DNA from: Chrysomallon squamiferum | Taxonomy: Eukaryota; Animalia; Mollusca | Direction of reading: 5' to 3' | Assembly (NCBI GenBank): GCA_012295275.1 | Contig: CM022667.1 | Span: 4,960,001 to 5,024,000 of the forward strand | Length of the DNA stretch: 64,000 nt | Shown: positions 14,182 through 28,310 of the stretch, in pieces | How positions within the stretch are numbered: the first letter of the stretch is position 1 | How the letters are laid out: every line of letters begins with the position of its first letter | The notes under the pieces: model-generated | The model's database searches: none | Seen by the model: the letters and a program-made list of their open reading frames with translations, nothing else | What the model was told of the DNA's origin: nothing | Translations under genes and position numbers: made by a program

Positions 14182-15966
14182 CAATCATCATCATCATCAT
14201 CTTCATTTTTATCGTCAGCAACATTCTTGTCGGGCTAAGTTATGTTCTTAAGACTTCGCAAATGCAAATAAAATAATAATTTGTTACAATTTATTTCAAA
14301 TCAAAAGCTCAGGAAATTTAGAACGATCACATAATTTCTGCTTTTGTCTGACATGTTTTCTTTCACAATATGTCTCAGATTTTCGTATGCCTGCTAAACT
14401 CACTATGAAAAATACAGGAATGACTTGAATAAAGAGAATGTAATTAGTTTGTTGAAACTTTTGGAATTCTTTATGGTGAAGACAGTTAATGCCGATGTAT
14501 GACGATGTTCGCCGATGTTTACCGATGTGTAACGAGATCTCTTCGTGCCAGGGAATTTCATTATCAATGAACATCTCTTCAAATATGTAAACAAGAGTAG
14601 CTGTAATGTCGGCGCTTTTAAAATCGATTTGGTTGTAAACAGCAGGAAATTCTCAACAACTGTTTTCATTATCACGTGAATGTGCGGCTGAAATCTAATC
14701 AAAATTCCTCTTTAACCCATTTCCCTGTTTGAAGAAGTGATTCTCAAAATCCTGCACGGGCGACACCGGAAACATTTAGCAGTACTTGTACTTAAAACTA
14801 AAAGTAATTGACTTAATACTCAGCCAGCTGTTAAAACTTTATATATACGTTATCCCTGTCTTCTTTAAGTTTTTATTTAAAAAATAAATATAGCAAGCAT
14901 TTAGCTTCTAGAAAGGTGATGAAGCTTTGAGGGGAAGAGAGAGGGAGAGACGGGATAAAGATAGAGAGAGAGAGAGAGACAGAGAAACTGAGCATTTATA
15001 TGTGTAAATGAAAATAAATGTCGTTGTATCGCTGTAGCGGTTTAGATATCAGTTCTTGCATTTTTAATACAGAAATCGTTTTTTTAAATCATTATTTGCA
15101 TGATGGTCCACAAGTCCAGAATAAACGAAAATAAAAAAAAAATAAATAAAATACTACTAATAAAAAAAGAATAATAAAAAAAAAAGAGTATAAATAAAAA
15201 AGAATAGCAATGTCTGTAATTATTGCGAAATGATTTTGATCGTATCTTTGATCGTATCTTTGATCATACCACTAATTAGAAGGTTTGAGACTGCTGCATT
15301 GTCTTGCTTCTCTAACGTAATCCTCTAGCGCATTAACAAACCGCTGTGTTTATTACTCTCGCATTGTGTGGACGGAGAAAGACATGCTTCAGAAACATCT
15401 CCCTTCAACACCGCGCTCATTAATACTTTCCCACCAAATCCTCTACTTCTTTTCAAAAGTTTGTTTCAAATCCATTTTAAATCCCTCGGCTCGCATGTTG
15501 TATATTTGATTTCAAGCGCGCAGTTCTTAATCCGTAACGTGATACCTGTCAACGAGGGGAGAGAAAAAAAAAAAAAAAAAAAGTAGAAAAAAAATCATAT
15601 TTACTGCGGCTAATTCGTTTCGCATTACAACGGCAACGGCTTTTGTGTATTGGATGGCCTGGACGGGATTTCGACGACGACGATGATGTGTGTGTACCTG
15701 TATTAATAAACACAATCCGGTGTATAATGGGTCCGCCGTGCGGGCGTGTTGCGGGTACAGGTATAAATGTGACAAAAAGACGTACGTCACAAGAGCTTAA
15801 CGAGAGGCAGAGCTTGTCTCGTTTGAAACGTGTCGCTTCTCCGGCTAAGTTTTCCTGTCAGTGGAGTAAAACGCTGGGTAATTAATTCTTTTCACAGCCG
15901 CTGAAAGACGATACAGCAAACACTGCCAGTGTACTCAATGCGTATTTTCATATACAGTGTGTATCC

Positions 15967-16005
<39 letters not shown>

Positions 16006-16690
16006 TACAATTAATATTGTGCATGCCGTGGGTGCATATCTGGGTATATGTTTACTTGTGTACATAACCAGGCGTGCACGATTATGTGTGCATGTTTAGT
16101 AGATACGTCTACTTTGAGTAACAGGTTTTTGTACGCTAAGTAGCTGGATGATGGTAATTTTGTCCTTAAACAAAACTTGATGGATTCTGTACTTAGGTAT
16201 CACATGACTGTTTCTCCACTCCTACTTGTGTTTGGTTGCATACATATGAACATTTATCATGTATAATAACTAATGCACATAGAAGTATTAATAATCAACC
16301 TAAAAAACCCTAAGGTTTTTTTTTTTTTGTTTTTCTTACTGAAAGCAGTGTGGTTTTGTTTTTGTAAATAAATGGACTTAGATTACTGTTGTCAGTGCCT
16401 TGTATAATAAGACAAACTTGTGAGTGTAAACCATTTTACATTCTCGTGATAAACGCGTGTTTGGAATTTTCACGTTACCAGGCTTATTTATTACAAACTA
16501 GATCCATAACTTGACGATTATTTAACAGTGTCAGTGTGAAATTTAACAAGAATTTGTCATCATCGTTACAACGTCATTGTGATCGTCATCATCCATCGTA
16601 AACATCTTCATCATCTTCATCTTCTGTTCCTCTGTCAGTCTTTTATTTTTGTTATTGTCGTTGTTCCTATCGCTCATTTTGTTGTGTTGT

Positions 16691-16739
<49 letters not shown>

Positions 16740-18591
16740 GCTACTACTACTGTTATTTATTATATTTATTATTATTAGTACTATTATTATTATTGTTATT
16801 ATTATTATTACTATTATTATTATTATTATTATTATCTTGTTGTTGACGTCGTTTCTTTATGTTTCAACATATTTCTCTGTCTAAAACATTCTTCTCTTTT
16901 CTTTTCTGCTTCTGCCAGCTACTTTATTGTCAGTTTTATAGTACACCGTGAATTCAATGCTGACAAAAAAAAAAGTATATATTCAAAAAAACTATTCTAT
17001 TTCATATCCCCCATATCTTTATAAATTGTCCTTTAATTGAGCCCGCGTTATCTCCGAGTCAGTAAAAATCATAGATTTGGGCGCCCATCACTGGTCAGTG
17101 TTTTGTTTGGATTGTATGGCTTGACGTCAAAACAAATACCGCACGACAAAAGGAGAAAATTCTGCTACCAAGTTGTAAAGAGTCGGAAAAAAAAAAAAGC
17201 AGTAGTAGTCTTGCTTCGTCGAGTTGTTTCCACTCCATTGTTTGGTCGCAGGACCTCCAGCAACGCCACCTACCGGCAAAAGCCAGGACTGACGCGAGAA
17301 TGTGAGCAGCGCGTTGAGTGTGTTTACAAACGTCTGGATTCCGGCCGACTTCATTTCATGGGTTAATGAACAGCGTGCAGCTTTGATCAAAGAGCGTCTC
17401 TTTGGTGGCGCTCAGAGCCACGGTTGTCGCCCGTCATCTTTCAACATCGGCGGCGGTAACGAGGTTTGACAGCAGCGACTTCACCGCGTAAAGCCAGCAT
17501 AAAAAAAACAGATTTAAGTGACTAGAGGAGAAGTGAAAGTGTTTAGGTGATTATCATCGCTAAACAGAATCGGTTTGCACGCTTACACACATATACAAGT
17601 ACTCACGCAAACATATACAACACACACACACATACACACACATACTCACACACACACATTCTCTCACACACTCACAAATACTCACACACACACACTCACA
17701 CATACACACACATTCTCTCACACACTCTCTCATACACATATAAACACTCTCTGACACACACACATTCTCTCTCTCACACACACACACACACAACACATAC
17801 ACAGACACAAAGACACACTGTCAGAGTAAAGCTAAAAGAAATACAAAAGGCAATGGCTTCCGGGGTCCGTGCATTTCTAAGGAACCTTAACTTTTAAAAT
17901 AAATTCATTAACGTCTCTGAAAAACTCATTACTTTAAATCTCAATAACATGTTAAATACAGCATTCAGTAACTTAACCAAACATGTCAACCGACATTTGC
18001 AAAAAGAAGATTGATTCTTTATCTGTCTGCTGACTGGAGTATCTCTCATCAGTGCTTTGCTTCCGTACCCTGACAAAGAACCCGGCACTCGAAGTGAGTT
18101 CCTCACATTTTCACAAACACTGGAATTGTCGATGATTTATTTAACACGAGGCGTGGTTTTTAATTTTCTTTTTTTTTTACGCAACGTTATTTCGTCACGC
18201 CACACAACCGCGACATTGTGAGGACGGAGCTAGGTTACCGCAGATTGCGTGTGTCGTTGACGTAACACAGACGATGTCGTGACGGCGACGTCTGATTTAT
18301 TACAAATGCCACTTTATCTGCACACCACAGAATGCCGACACCCAAAATTCAGTGAATTAGTCATAGTTTGTTTATTTATTATTGTTATTATTATTGTTAT
18401 TGTTATTATTATTATTATTAGTAGTAGTAGTAGTTGTAGTTGTAGTAGTAGTATGTCAGATTTGAAGCTTATGATGAAAAAGAAGAACTACAAGACAAAA
18501 CTGCTTTGACATTTGTAATATAGATCGAAATTCAAGTTTAAAAAAACATGAAAACACACACACACACACACTCTCTCTCTCTCTCTCTCTT

Positions 18592-18664
<73 letters not shown>

Positions 18665-19259
18665 CACACACACATATGGGTAATAGTTGTCATAATCATA
18701 ATCGCATAAGTAGTGGTAGTAGTAATGTATTATTATTATTATTATTATTATTATTACAACAGTATGTAAGCATATATAATCGCATTCGCTACAAACGTGT
18801 GACAGTTTCAATCACGCCTCCAGCGCACACAGTTTAAACCGAGTTCTTTGTTACGACTGTCAATCGTTTGTGTTTGCACTCGGCTGTAACTCCGTCTCCG
18901 ACTGCATGCAGAAACACAACATCGATCACAAACATTTAAGATGTTCTGTCATGTTTCCCGAGGTCGCCTAATAGCGACGTCTGACACGTCGGCGCGACTG
19001 ACCTCTGGCTGTACTCGAGTGCATCCTCGTCCAGCCATTGTTCCCAGCGACGTTGTCGACGTTGATGAAGGACCACACGGCGGACGTGTGCCACGCCCAG
19101 TTCTCAGTGCAGCTCGCGGATACTTTACACGGAGTTGATTTGTGTGTTTTAATTTGACACGTGTCAGTAGACTGGGTCTGGGTTTTTCAGTCCAGCTTGG
19201 AATTATTGAATTTAATCTTTCAACCCATACGCTGCAGGCCAATGAGTCAGATATGCAGA

Positions 19260-19347
<88 letters not shown>

Positions 19348-20701
19348 CAGTAGTGGGTCTATATTTTGTAGGACCCCTGAAGCTTGAGGGTTATGGTGAT
19401 AACCACTGTTTTCTTCTTCTGTGGCAATGTTCCATGGCAGGTTTTAAAAATTTATCTAAATCTCACATTGTGATTAAAATGTTTGAAGAAATGGTTGATT
19501 AAAATCTCTTCTGGGGCCTCTCCTCGATTAGTGGCACTGAAGCTTAAGCTTCATTTATAAATAAATAAATAAATAAATAAACAGTCGTTGAGGAGTAGAA
19601 GGAATAATATTAATTAGATGTTTCAGCAGTGGCTGTAGCCTAGAGGGAGAATGAATAATAGCAGTAACAGTAGGCATAGAAATAACAATAGAGTAGTAGT
19701 AACATAGTGATACTAGAAACAGTAGTAGAAGTACTTGTTCTAGTAGTAGCTGTAGTAGTAATCGAACTAATAGTAGTAGTGGCAGAAGTGGTAGTAGTGG
19801 TAGTAGTAGTAATAGTAATAATATTAATCTAATAGATGAGTACTGTAGTACTAATAATTAGAGTATTATGGTCGTATCAGTCACAATGGTAGTTGCAGTA
19901 GTAGTGGTAGTAATACTAGTGGTAGTATAATATTGTGACTAACAGCAATTATATTAAAACTAAATTAATTGGAAAAAGAACAAAAAAAAAAAAGAAAAAA
20001 AAAAACACGCGAAAACAACAGCTACAAGCAAACACAACGGCAATAACGGAAAAGAGAAAATGATTCCCGTTTTTTCATCGGAGTCACTTGTGCTGCTGCG
20101 CAGTTTTAAACTGCTGAGTGTAAGAATGTGTAATTTATATAAGCAACATCCACGTCTCCGAGATAAGATATATCTCAGTTGTACGGTCGTGTTTCAGGTA
20201 AACAAAGAAAAGAAGAAGAGATTAAATTATTTCACTTAGCTATTTACAGAGATTAATCTCAGCCAGTTAGGAGGAAAGTGGAACAGTCAAGTACCGTAAT
20301 AATAAAGATTGTTTTTTGTGAATTCGCATTTTTTGTTTTTTTTGTTAATTATTATTGTTCTCTCTTTATTTTATTTTACATTTTTTTTACTTTGTTTTTA
20401 TATCGTTGATGATGGCTGGTTTTTATTTAATGACTAGTTTAATATTGACGGCTGTTAGATGTTAATTATTTATTTGACTCTGTCTCTCTGTCTCTGTCTC
20501 TCTCTGTATATGAAGCACAGATACAATTGTATCATAATTTTCATAAGATGGAAGGCACATCCGTAACAATCTTTCGTATAATTTAGGACGAAACAAAACA
20601 TCTTGGTGTGTTTATTATGCTTTTGTATTTTGTGGTTTGATGTTTTTCACCTTTAATTCACCTTTATTTATTTATTTATTGTTATTACTTTTGTCTTACA
20701 G

Positions 20702-22709
20702 GCGGCGCACTAACAAACAAAAGGTTCGACATAGCATTTCGTAATTTCCTCAAGGACCACGGGTACAGGGGCGGGGCCGTGGCCGCCATGAAGCAGGGTC
20801 GTCTCATCCACACGAAGGGCTACGGCGTGGACGAGGAGGGACATCAGATCGAGGACACGACTCTCTTCCCGGCATCCAGTGCGTCAAAGTCCATAACAGC
20901 AGTAGCCGTCCTCACGTTGATTCAGGACAGCAAGCTCAGTCTGAAGAGCAAAGTGTTCGGCCACGAGGGAATTCTGCACATGTTGAAACCTGTAACCAAA
21001 GACTCGGTTGATCCAAGACTGTACGACATCACTGTGGATCACTTACTGCACCACAGCGCCGGCTGGGACTTGAACAGAGGTCCCCTGTACGACCCGATGC
21101 TGAACGAGGTGTACATAAGACGCGGTAACGACGTACCGGACATCAAGAAAATCATGGATTCCGAGAGTCCCGTCTCCTATTTCGACATAATACGCTACGT
21201 GATGTCGCAGAAACTACACTTCACGCCGGGAACGAGAACCGTGTACTCTAACCTCGGGTACACAGTTCTGGGCAGGGTCATCGAACAGGTGGCCGGCACC
21301 AGCTACGAAGACTACGTCAAGAAACACGTGATCGACCCGTGCGGCATGTGGCACACGCGGATCGGTCGCTGGGGGAGCAATGGCGTGCTCAAACTGGACA
21401 ACCGCTCGGTGAGGATGTCCAACTCGTACAACCACCACATGGACTTTTCCATATTCGAGGCGCTGCATCCTCACGTCGTCGACTCGACGCTGGGCTGGTA
21501 CACGACGGTGTTCGACATGATGAGGTTCGTCAAGTGCATCGACGCGAAGGACGGGGAGGGAATTCTCGACGAACAGTTCCGCTGGCAGCTGGCCACGCGG
21601 ACTCGTCTGCTCCGGTGCAGCACAGCGAGAACTGGTTTGGAACGGGATTCAGAGCCAACACGAAAGGCGCCATCTGGCAGGACGGCGACCCCCACGCCGA
21701 CGACATGATTCTGTTTCCACCACAGAGTGAGCACCGAAATGCCGGACTCGTGGATTCTCTTTCTGAAGGGACGCGAGCTGAAACACCTGAAACACGTCAC
21801 CCACGAGCTCATGGAGATGATGGACACCGGAGGCTTGTACAACGACTTCGTCAGAGACATGTCCGACATCGACCAGCTCGGTTACGACGGCGACAACGTT
21901 CTCGTGAAATACGGCGTCGACGAGCACCACCTGAGCGCGTTCGTGAATGCGTTCAGGCGCGAGAGCTACAACATGGCGTGGATCAGCGCTTACTCCGTGA
22001 ACCGCTTCAGGACGCACTTCGCGGTGATCGCGCAGGAGACGAGCGGCTTCGGCTCGGGTTCGAACGACTTCGTGCTGGAACACGGGCTCGTGGAGAAGAA
22101 GCTCTTCTCCCGGAAACTCGAACTCGAGTCTCACGGTTACAACATGACTTTCCTGCAGAATTACAAGTCCGCCTCGCACGACTCCGAGTACGTGTTTCTG
22201 GCGGTTTCAGAAAGCACGGCTACGCGAAGAACACGCAGATGAAGTTCGGAATTCACCACTATCCGCGCCCGTACGACAAGCTGCTGGGGCTGTACACCGA
22301 GAAAGCCTTCTACCCGACGGTCCAGAGTTACATCAAGCACAACTACGAGGGCAAAATTTCCTTCATATTCGTCAAAGAAATACGCCCGCAGAAAATACGA
22401 TTCAAGACGTACCACGAGATCAGCGAGAAGAAGCTGGAGAAAGTGGTGAGACTGAACGCCAGGTTCGGCCGCAAGTTGACCTACATCGACGCCTCCAACA
22501 CAGAAAGAACGTCGTCGTTTTCTGTTGTGTTTTCCACCGAGCAGCCGGCGATCTGGCTCTTCAAACTGGGCCTGGACAAAGATGAGGCGACTGAACTGAT
22601 TCTAGACAAGCAGCCGCAAGGATTTCTTCCAAAACGAATTGTTGTGTACACAAACAAACAAAAACAGTTAAAATATGCAATTTACTTGGAAAAAAGAAAA
22701 AAATACTGA
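20702..22709 (+). CDS. Serine beta-lactamase/penicillin-binding-protein-fold hydrolase with ~5 C-terminal BTRD1-like (polyglycine hydrolase structural) repeats; main exon with three apparent frameshifts
   Basis: Acceptor ttacag. GYG..D, FPASSASK (SxxK at 20878-20889), LLHHSAG, PG....YSN.GY..LG.VIE (YxN at 21244-21252). From ~21890 there are five ~45-50 aa repeats of the pattern (Y/H)G(V/L)....F....GY....ISAY.....FAVI. The frame switches at ~21597, 21714-21716 and 22205-22207. Stop at 22707-22709. Confidence 0.85.
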
Positions 22710-23030
22710 CTGAATGATTTAATTTTTTAAAAACAAATGTACAAAATGTATAAAGAGTTTGTATTTAAAAAATGCTGGTGTTATTTCTGCTAAAAACAAA
22801 CAGACGATGATGTTTTAAAAAATGGACCAAGATATAGCAACCAAATATATGTATATATAATGAACCATGATATACTCAAAGACAAAAAGAACTGTACAAA
22901 ATCATGTTTTTGATTTTGCACTTTTTTTATTTTTGTAAATAGATAAGTATACGCCCATAACAAACATGTTTAGGGAGACATTAACTTATAAACTAAAATC
23001 GAATTATAAAAATATGTAATTATAATATTC

Positions 23031-23104
<74 letters not shown>

Positions 23105-23353
23105 TTATTTCAATTATTATAAGAAAATATGTATGACAAATGTGAAATAAAACATAAGAAATTAAAATCAAAATGACTTTAATACACAAAATTTGAAAGA
23201 CAATAAATTGTTTTAATTAACATGTGTGTGTTTGAAAACAAAACTTAAACTAATTTCTAGTAACAACAACAACAACAACACCAATGCGATATCAATATTG
23301 CCGTATTCCAGAAACTTCCCCGGTAGCTAAATGTCACGTGAAATGCAACGTTA

Positions 23354-23391
<38 letters not shown>

Positions 23392-24049
23392 TCACAAACA
23401 CGTAGAATACTTGTTTATCACGTTCTTTTTACATCTGTACAAATGAGCATTAACTAGAATCACTGTCCTGAGAAAAGAAAAATAATTTTGTTTGTAAAAC
23501 TCATTAATTTAATCTTTTATGTATATACTGTACAGCAACATTGATACTGGCTGTTATTGTCACTGGAGCATGAGCTAACGCGATTATTAACTTATTCATG
23601 TAAATACCATTCTGACACAACACAAAGCACGCCTGTCCAGTGAAGCCTATGATTTTTGTCAATAGATTTATAACTCACTTGATTCGTGCGGTGTTGAAGG
23701 TACTTGAAGGCTTTGAAATAAAGTTATTTAACTACTTATTTGTGCCTTCTGTTCTTTTGTTCGTTTAGAAAATAGCAATGTAAGTGGACGGAGCTCGTAA
23801 CTCGAGGTGCGTAGGTAGATAAGAACAAGTAATAACGTGTGGGTTTTTTTTCTCGCATTGTGAAAGTTGTTGTGTTATTAATACAGAAGCTGATGATTTA
23901 CAGATCTGCACAGTAAGAATGGTTAGAGAATGAACTGTGTTTTCTGTCCCAGACACACACATACAAACACATCTACGTACGTACAGCATTACGAAATATA
24001 TACATGCTCACATACATACAAATATATATACACACATTCATACACACAT

Positions 24050-24243
24050 ACATAAACGTACATAGAGATATAAAAATATGCTAAATATTTTAGTTGAAAT
24101 CATGCTTTGTTGATCATAAAGCATTTCACGAGTATAACAAAAAAGGGGGAAAAATTCGCGAAAATTTGTTTTTCTTACGCCTTAAACAGAAATGTTTATA
24201 CTTCTATTTATTCTTAAAAAGGTTAAAAGAAGGAAAAGAAAGG
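24050..24243 (-). repeat. Interspersed repeat, copy B (inverted relative to 10466-10665)
   Basis: gttgaaatcatgctttgttgatcataaagca...tttcttacgccttaaacagaaatg is the reverse complement of copy A. Confidence 0.85.
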
Positions 24244-24250
24244 TTGTCTT

Positions 24251-24430
24251 GAAGGCCGAACGGTAACGTCGTCCGCTTTCGGAGTGCGGGCTAATGGGTG
24301 CCATACGTTCGAGTCTCGTCAGCGGCATCTGACGGGTTTGTGAAAGGACTGGACTTTGGACCGAATATTCTCTGAATATTGTCTGTGTACAGAGTCTATT
24401 CAGACGTACATAAGAGAGAGAATATTCAAA
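24251..24430 (+). mobile_element. tRNA-derived SINE-like element
   Basis: Pol III A-box-like ggccgaacggt and B-box gttcgagtc, followed by a body (gaatattgtctgt...gagtctattcagacgtaca) shared with a second copy at 59319-59452. Confidence 0.6.
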
Positions 24431-24450
24431 ATCCTAAACTATACACACAA

Positions 24451-24509
<59 letters not shown>

Positions 24510-24619
24510 TCGTTCACACGTAAATATAGAATTAAAATTGTTAAACCCTATTCAAACACATGTGTACATATACACAGACATATACGTATACACATATGAA
24601 TAATATACAAACACATATG

Positions 24620-24653
<34 letters not shown>

Positions 24654-24757
24654 CATACATATATATATATAACCATTACACAAACACCTTATAGAAACAT
24701 TAAAAGAACATATGTACACACTACATACATACAAACAAACAATCAAACATACATACA

Positions 24758-24800
<43 letters not shown>

Positions 24801-24986
24801 CATTACTGATTACAGAGACACACTGATATACAGTTACACAAAGACAACGGTGCACTCAGAAACCCTCTGACTTATAAATATATAACACCCGCCATACACT
24901 CATTAATCATTTTGAATATAGAATTTTTTTTTTTTTTTATATTATTATTATCATTGTTATCATTTTTATCATGCGTATATGCAGGC

Positions 24987-25020
<34 letters not shown>

Positions 25021-25103
25021 TTATATAATATATATATAAGCCTTTAAAAAAAATTGAACAAAACAGCCAAAGTGTAAGTGTACTAAAATTCATCTAAGAC
25101 GGA

Positions 25104-25135
<32 letters not shown>

Positions 25136-25511
25136 TGAAAATAATGATAATAATAATAAATACTAATTTTTAATATTTAGTGCTGGATGTGAATGAGGTA
25201 GCACTACATGACAGTCAAAGACACAATACTCAAGAACTATTATCTAGCTGTTAAAGTAAACCACACTCTGCTATTCGCCACGATTCGAATATGAAGATCA
25301 AAACTGCGGAGCCGATTCCGAACAAGTCCGTAAACCATTTCAGTGAATGTCGATTTACATCGAGCTAGAAAGATCGATATGTCACTTGATTAGGTAACAA
25401 AATTTAACTTAAACTGTTACTGCTACAAACAAACATAACGACCTTTCAGTTTATTTATTTAGTTATTTGCTTGCTTGTCATTCAGTACTAAAGAAATCAT
25501 TACATCCATCC

Positions 25512-25587
<76 letters not shown>

Positions 25588-25856
25588 GTCTATCTATCTA
25601 TCTATCTTTATCTATATATCTATCTATCTATATATCTATATATATTATATATCTTTGTCTATCTATCTATCTGTCTGTCTATTTGTATGTATAACATATC
25701 TTTGTCGGATCGTACAGGACCAGATTAATTCAAATATTACGTGACAAAATACGCATTCGTTAACGGGGTGTGTACGTTTCAAGAAAAGACGGAAAGTTAA
25801 GAAGGTTAAACGCTTTTTGAAAATCTTACAAAAGGTATTCATCCTGTATTTTTTAT

Positions 25857-25901
<45 letters not shown>

Positions 25902-26302
25902 GCCCTTTCAAAAATATGTACATAAATATTGAGTTAATGTGCAGCTTGCTACTCGTTTTGTCACCCGTCAGAGTTTAACTGTTGCATGTCGTCTGATTTA
26001 TCGCGCTATAACCTCATATATTAAAAAAAATATATATAATAATAAATAAAACAATCGTGAGATAAATAAATAATAAAAAGTGGGAGAAAAAAAATAAGGA
26101 CTAAAAAAAAAAAAAAAAAAGACTATAAATATTAAAGATAACAAAATAAAGAAGAAAAAGGAGAAAATAAATATTAATAATAAATATTAAAAAATAGGAA
26201 ACAAAAGAAACCAACAAAATAACAAAAAAGTACAGAAACAAAAACATAATAAATCATACTGCGGAATAAGAATTACAAAAAAAAAAAAAAAAAAAAAAAA
26301 AA

Positions 26303-26362
<60 letters not shown>

Positions 26363-26617
26363 AACTAATAAATCAATAAAAACGAAAAACAAAACAAAAA
26401 AAAAAGCCACCTGAAATATATATATATTTCATTACTGATTACAGAGACACACTGATATACCGTTTCGGAGGAATAATTATATTTTTAATTATTTTGATAA
26501 AAATGACGTATGTAAGGCTATGTTGTTGGTTTGAGGCTCGCTGTTGGATTAAAACCCGTAACGATGACTCACATTGTAGTCGATCGAAAAGAAAGCGCGT
26601 AAAATACAATTTTTATT

Positions 26618-26726
26618 ATGAGTTCTGGCCAACAAAATTATTCGGACAATTATTTTGATATAGATGATATTTTGACAACTCAGGAGAAGCTGCCATGTAA
26701 AGTGGAATTACCGATTTATCGTCTTG
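26618..26726 (+). CDS. GINS3: DNA replication complex GINS subunit Psf3, exon 1
   Basis: MSSGQQNYSDNYFDIDDILTTQEKLPCKVELPIYRL-G|gtaaat; YF.IDDIL...EK.PC is the Psf3 N-terminal motif. Confidence 0.92.
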
Positions 26727-26915
26727 GTAAATTATTTAGTGTTCTTCTTTATTTACTAACTTAACGCAGTTGTCTTCAGGATATTTTGTGGGTTAAGTCA
26801 AAACAACGAATATTTTGCAGCCAGTAACAACTGATGATGTTAAACAATATTTAATTGAATTAAAATTTAGAATCTGTTTGATCAGTGAAGTTAATTTTTA
26901 TATATTGGAACAAAT

Positions 26916-26949
<34 letters not shown>

Positions 26950-27608
26950 ATTAATATAATCAGTTATCTAGATGTAGATCGGGCTCTCTCTGCAAATGTT
27001 AACTTATTCAGTTATGCATTTAACACTGGTTTTACTAAATTATTAGTAAATAGTAAAAATATTATACTTCTGCTTTTCCATAATTATAATTTAACAAATT
27101 TGCACACACATGTAAATGAAATTTGGATATGACATATTTACTACATATAAATGATATTACTATTACAGTATTTTACTAATACTGTGTAACTTGGTTGGAT
27201 CAATAGACCTATTTCCTGAAACAGCTTTGAGTTCAGTCTTAGAGACTAACACATTTTAGAACTAACAAAATACCACTACAAACCCATACTAAAAAGAAAT
27301 AATTATATTTTTGTATGTAAACTTAGTTTCATTAGAATTAAAGCATTTTTTGCCCCCAAACCAAATATATTAATGTTTTGTTGTCAATTTTGTATTCATA
27401 TATTCTCAATCTCATTCTCAGATTAATAAGTAAAATAAAAGTCTGCCATTGTAATGTGATAAAATCTCTACACATAAATGTTGTTCATTCTTGTGTCATA
27501 CATTCAGAAATGTTTACAACTAATTATCTACCTAACTTAATATTTCAACCTTTCTTTTTTTTCTTTTTATCACCTGTTTAACATTACAACCTGTTTTTTT
27601 TATTTCAG

Positions 27609-27883
27609 GTTATCTTGACCCGAGTTCAGAGAGTGATGATCTGCTTCCAGGTACAAAACTTGATCTTCCGTACTGGATGGCAAGAGGTCTGTGTAGTCGC
27701 AAACGTCACATCGTCAGCATCGAGAGTCCGAAGCAGTACCGAGTAGGGTACCGCGACATCCTCACTGCAGACGCCAACGTCGTCGATCTCCACAAACTGG
27801 GTCCCTACTTCTACCAGTTCGGCTCCTACTTACTCAGCTTCAGCTACCCTGATGCTGAAGACATTGCGAAATGTCTTCTTAAG
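27609..27883 (+). CDS. GINS3: GINS subunit Psf3, exon 2
   Basis: cag|GYLDPSSESDDLLPGTKLDLPYWMA...LTADANVVDLHKLGPYFYQFG...LLK|gt; intron phases 1/0 are consistent. Confidence 0.93.
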
Positions 27884-28310
27884 GTTTGTTTGCTTAATTT
27901 GTGATTTGAAAATAATGGAAATTATAACTGAATATATTTTTTTAAATCTTTTAACTTTTTTATCATAACTTTTCCTTTATTAGGTTTTTGATTTGTCTGG
28001 CAGTTTAAATTTAATTTTGTCAAACATAGATGTTTTATAATTATTTAAAAAAAAAATTGTAAAAGTTGTTTATTTTTGTTTGATTTTGACTCAGAAAACT
28101 GTTTTTCTTTACTTGTAAATTTTCATTATAATTTATTTAATTAAAATTATTAAAGATTTACTTTCTCTTTTGATGATTTGGTTATAAAATTTTATATAAA
28201 AAAACAAACAAATAATAAATAAAGTGTAGTGAATAATTCATAAAAACTATTATTTATTCTTATAAAGTACCAGAAAAATAAGAGATTTAATTTAATTGAA
28301 TTTTATTTAG

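Noticed and set aside
19349-19556. Possible MITE remnant (cccctgaagctt...ctgaagcttaagcttcat)
   Set aside because: No clear terminal inverted repeat pair or target-site duplication could be identified.
21214-22415. Minus-strand ORFs overlapping the hydrolase exon
   Set aside because: Antisense shadows of GC-rich coding sequence.
20702-22709. Bacterial contamination or an antibiotic-resistance gene
   Set aside because: Embedded in host intron and microsatellite sequence with a phase-matched splice acceptor; the fold alone does not imply beta-lactam hydrolysis.
24251-24330. Functional tRNA gene
   Set aside because: A and B boxes are present, but I could not fold a clean cloverleaf, and the downstream body is shared with another dispersed copy, so SINE fits better.
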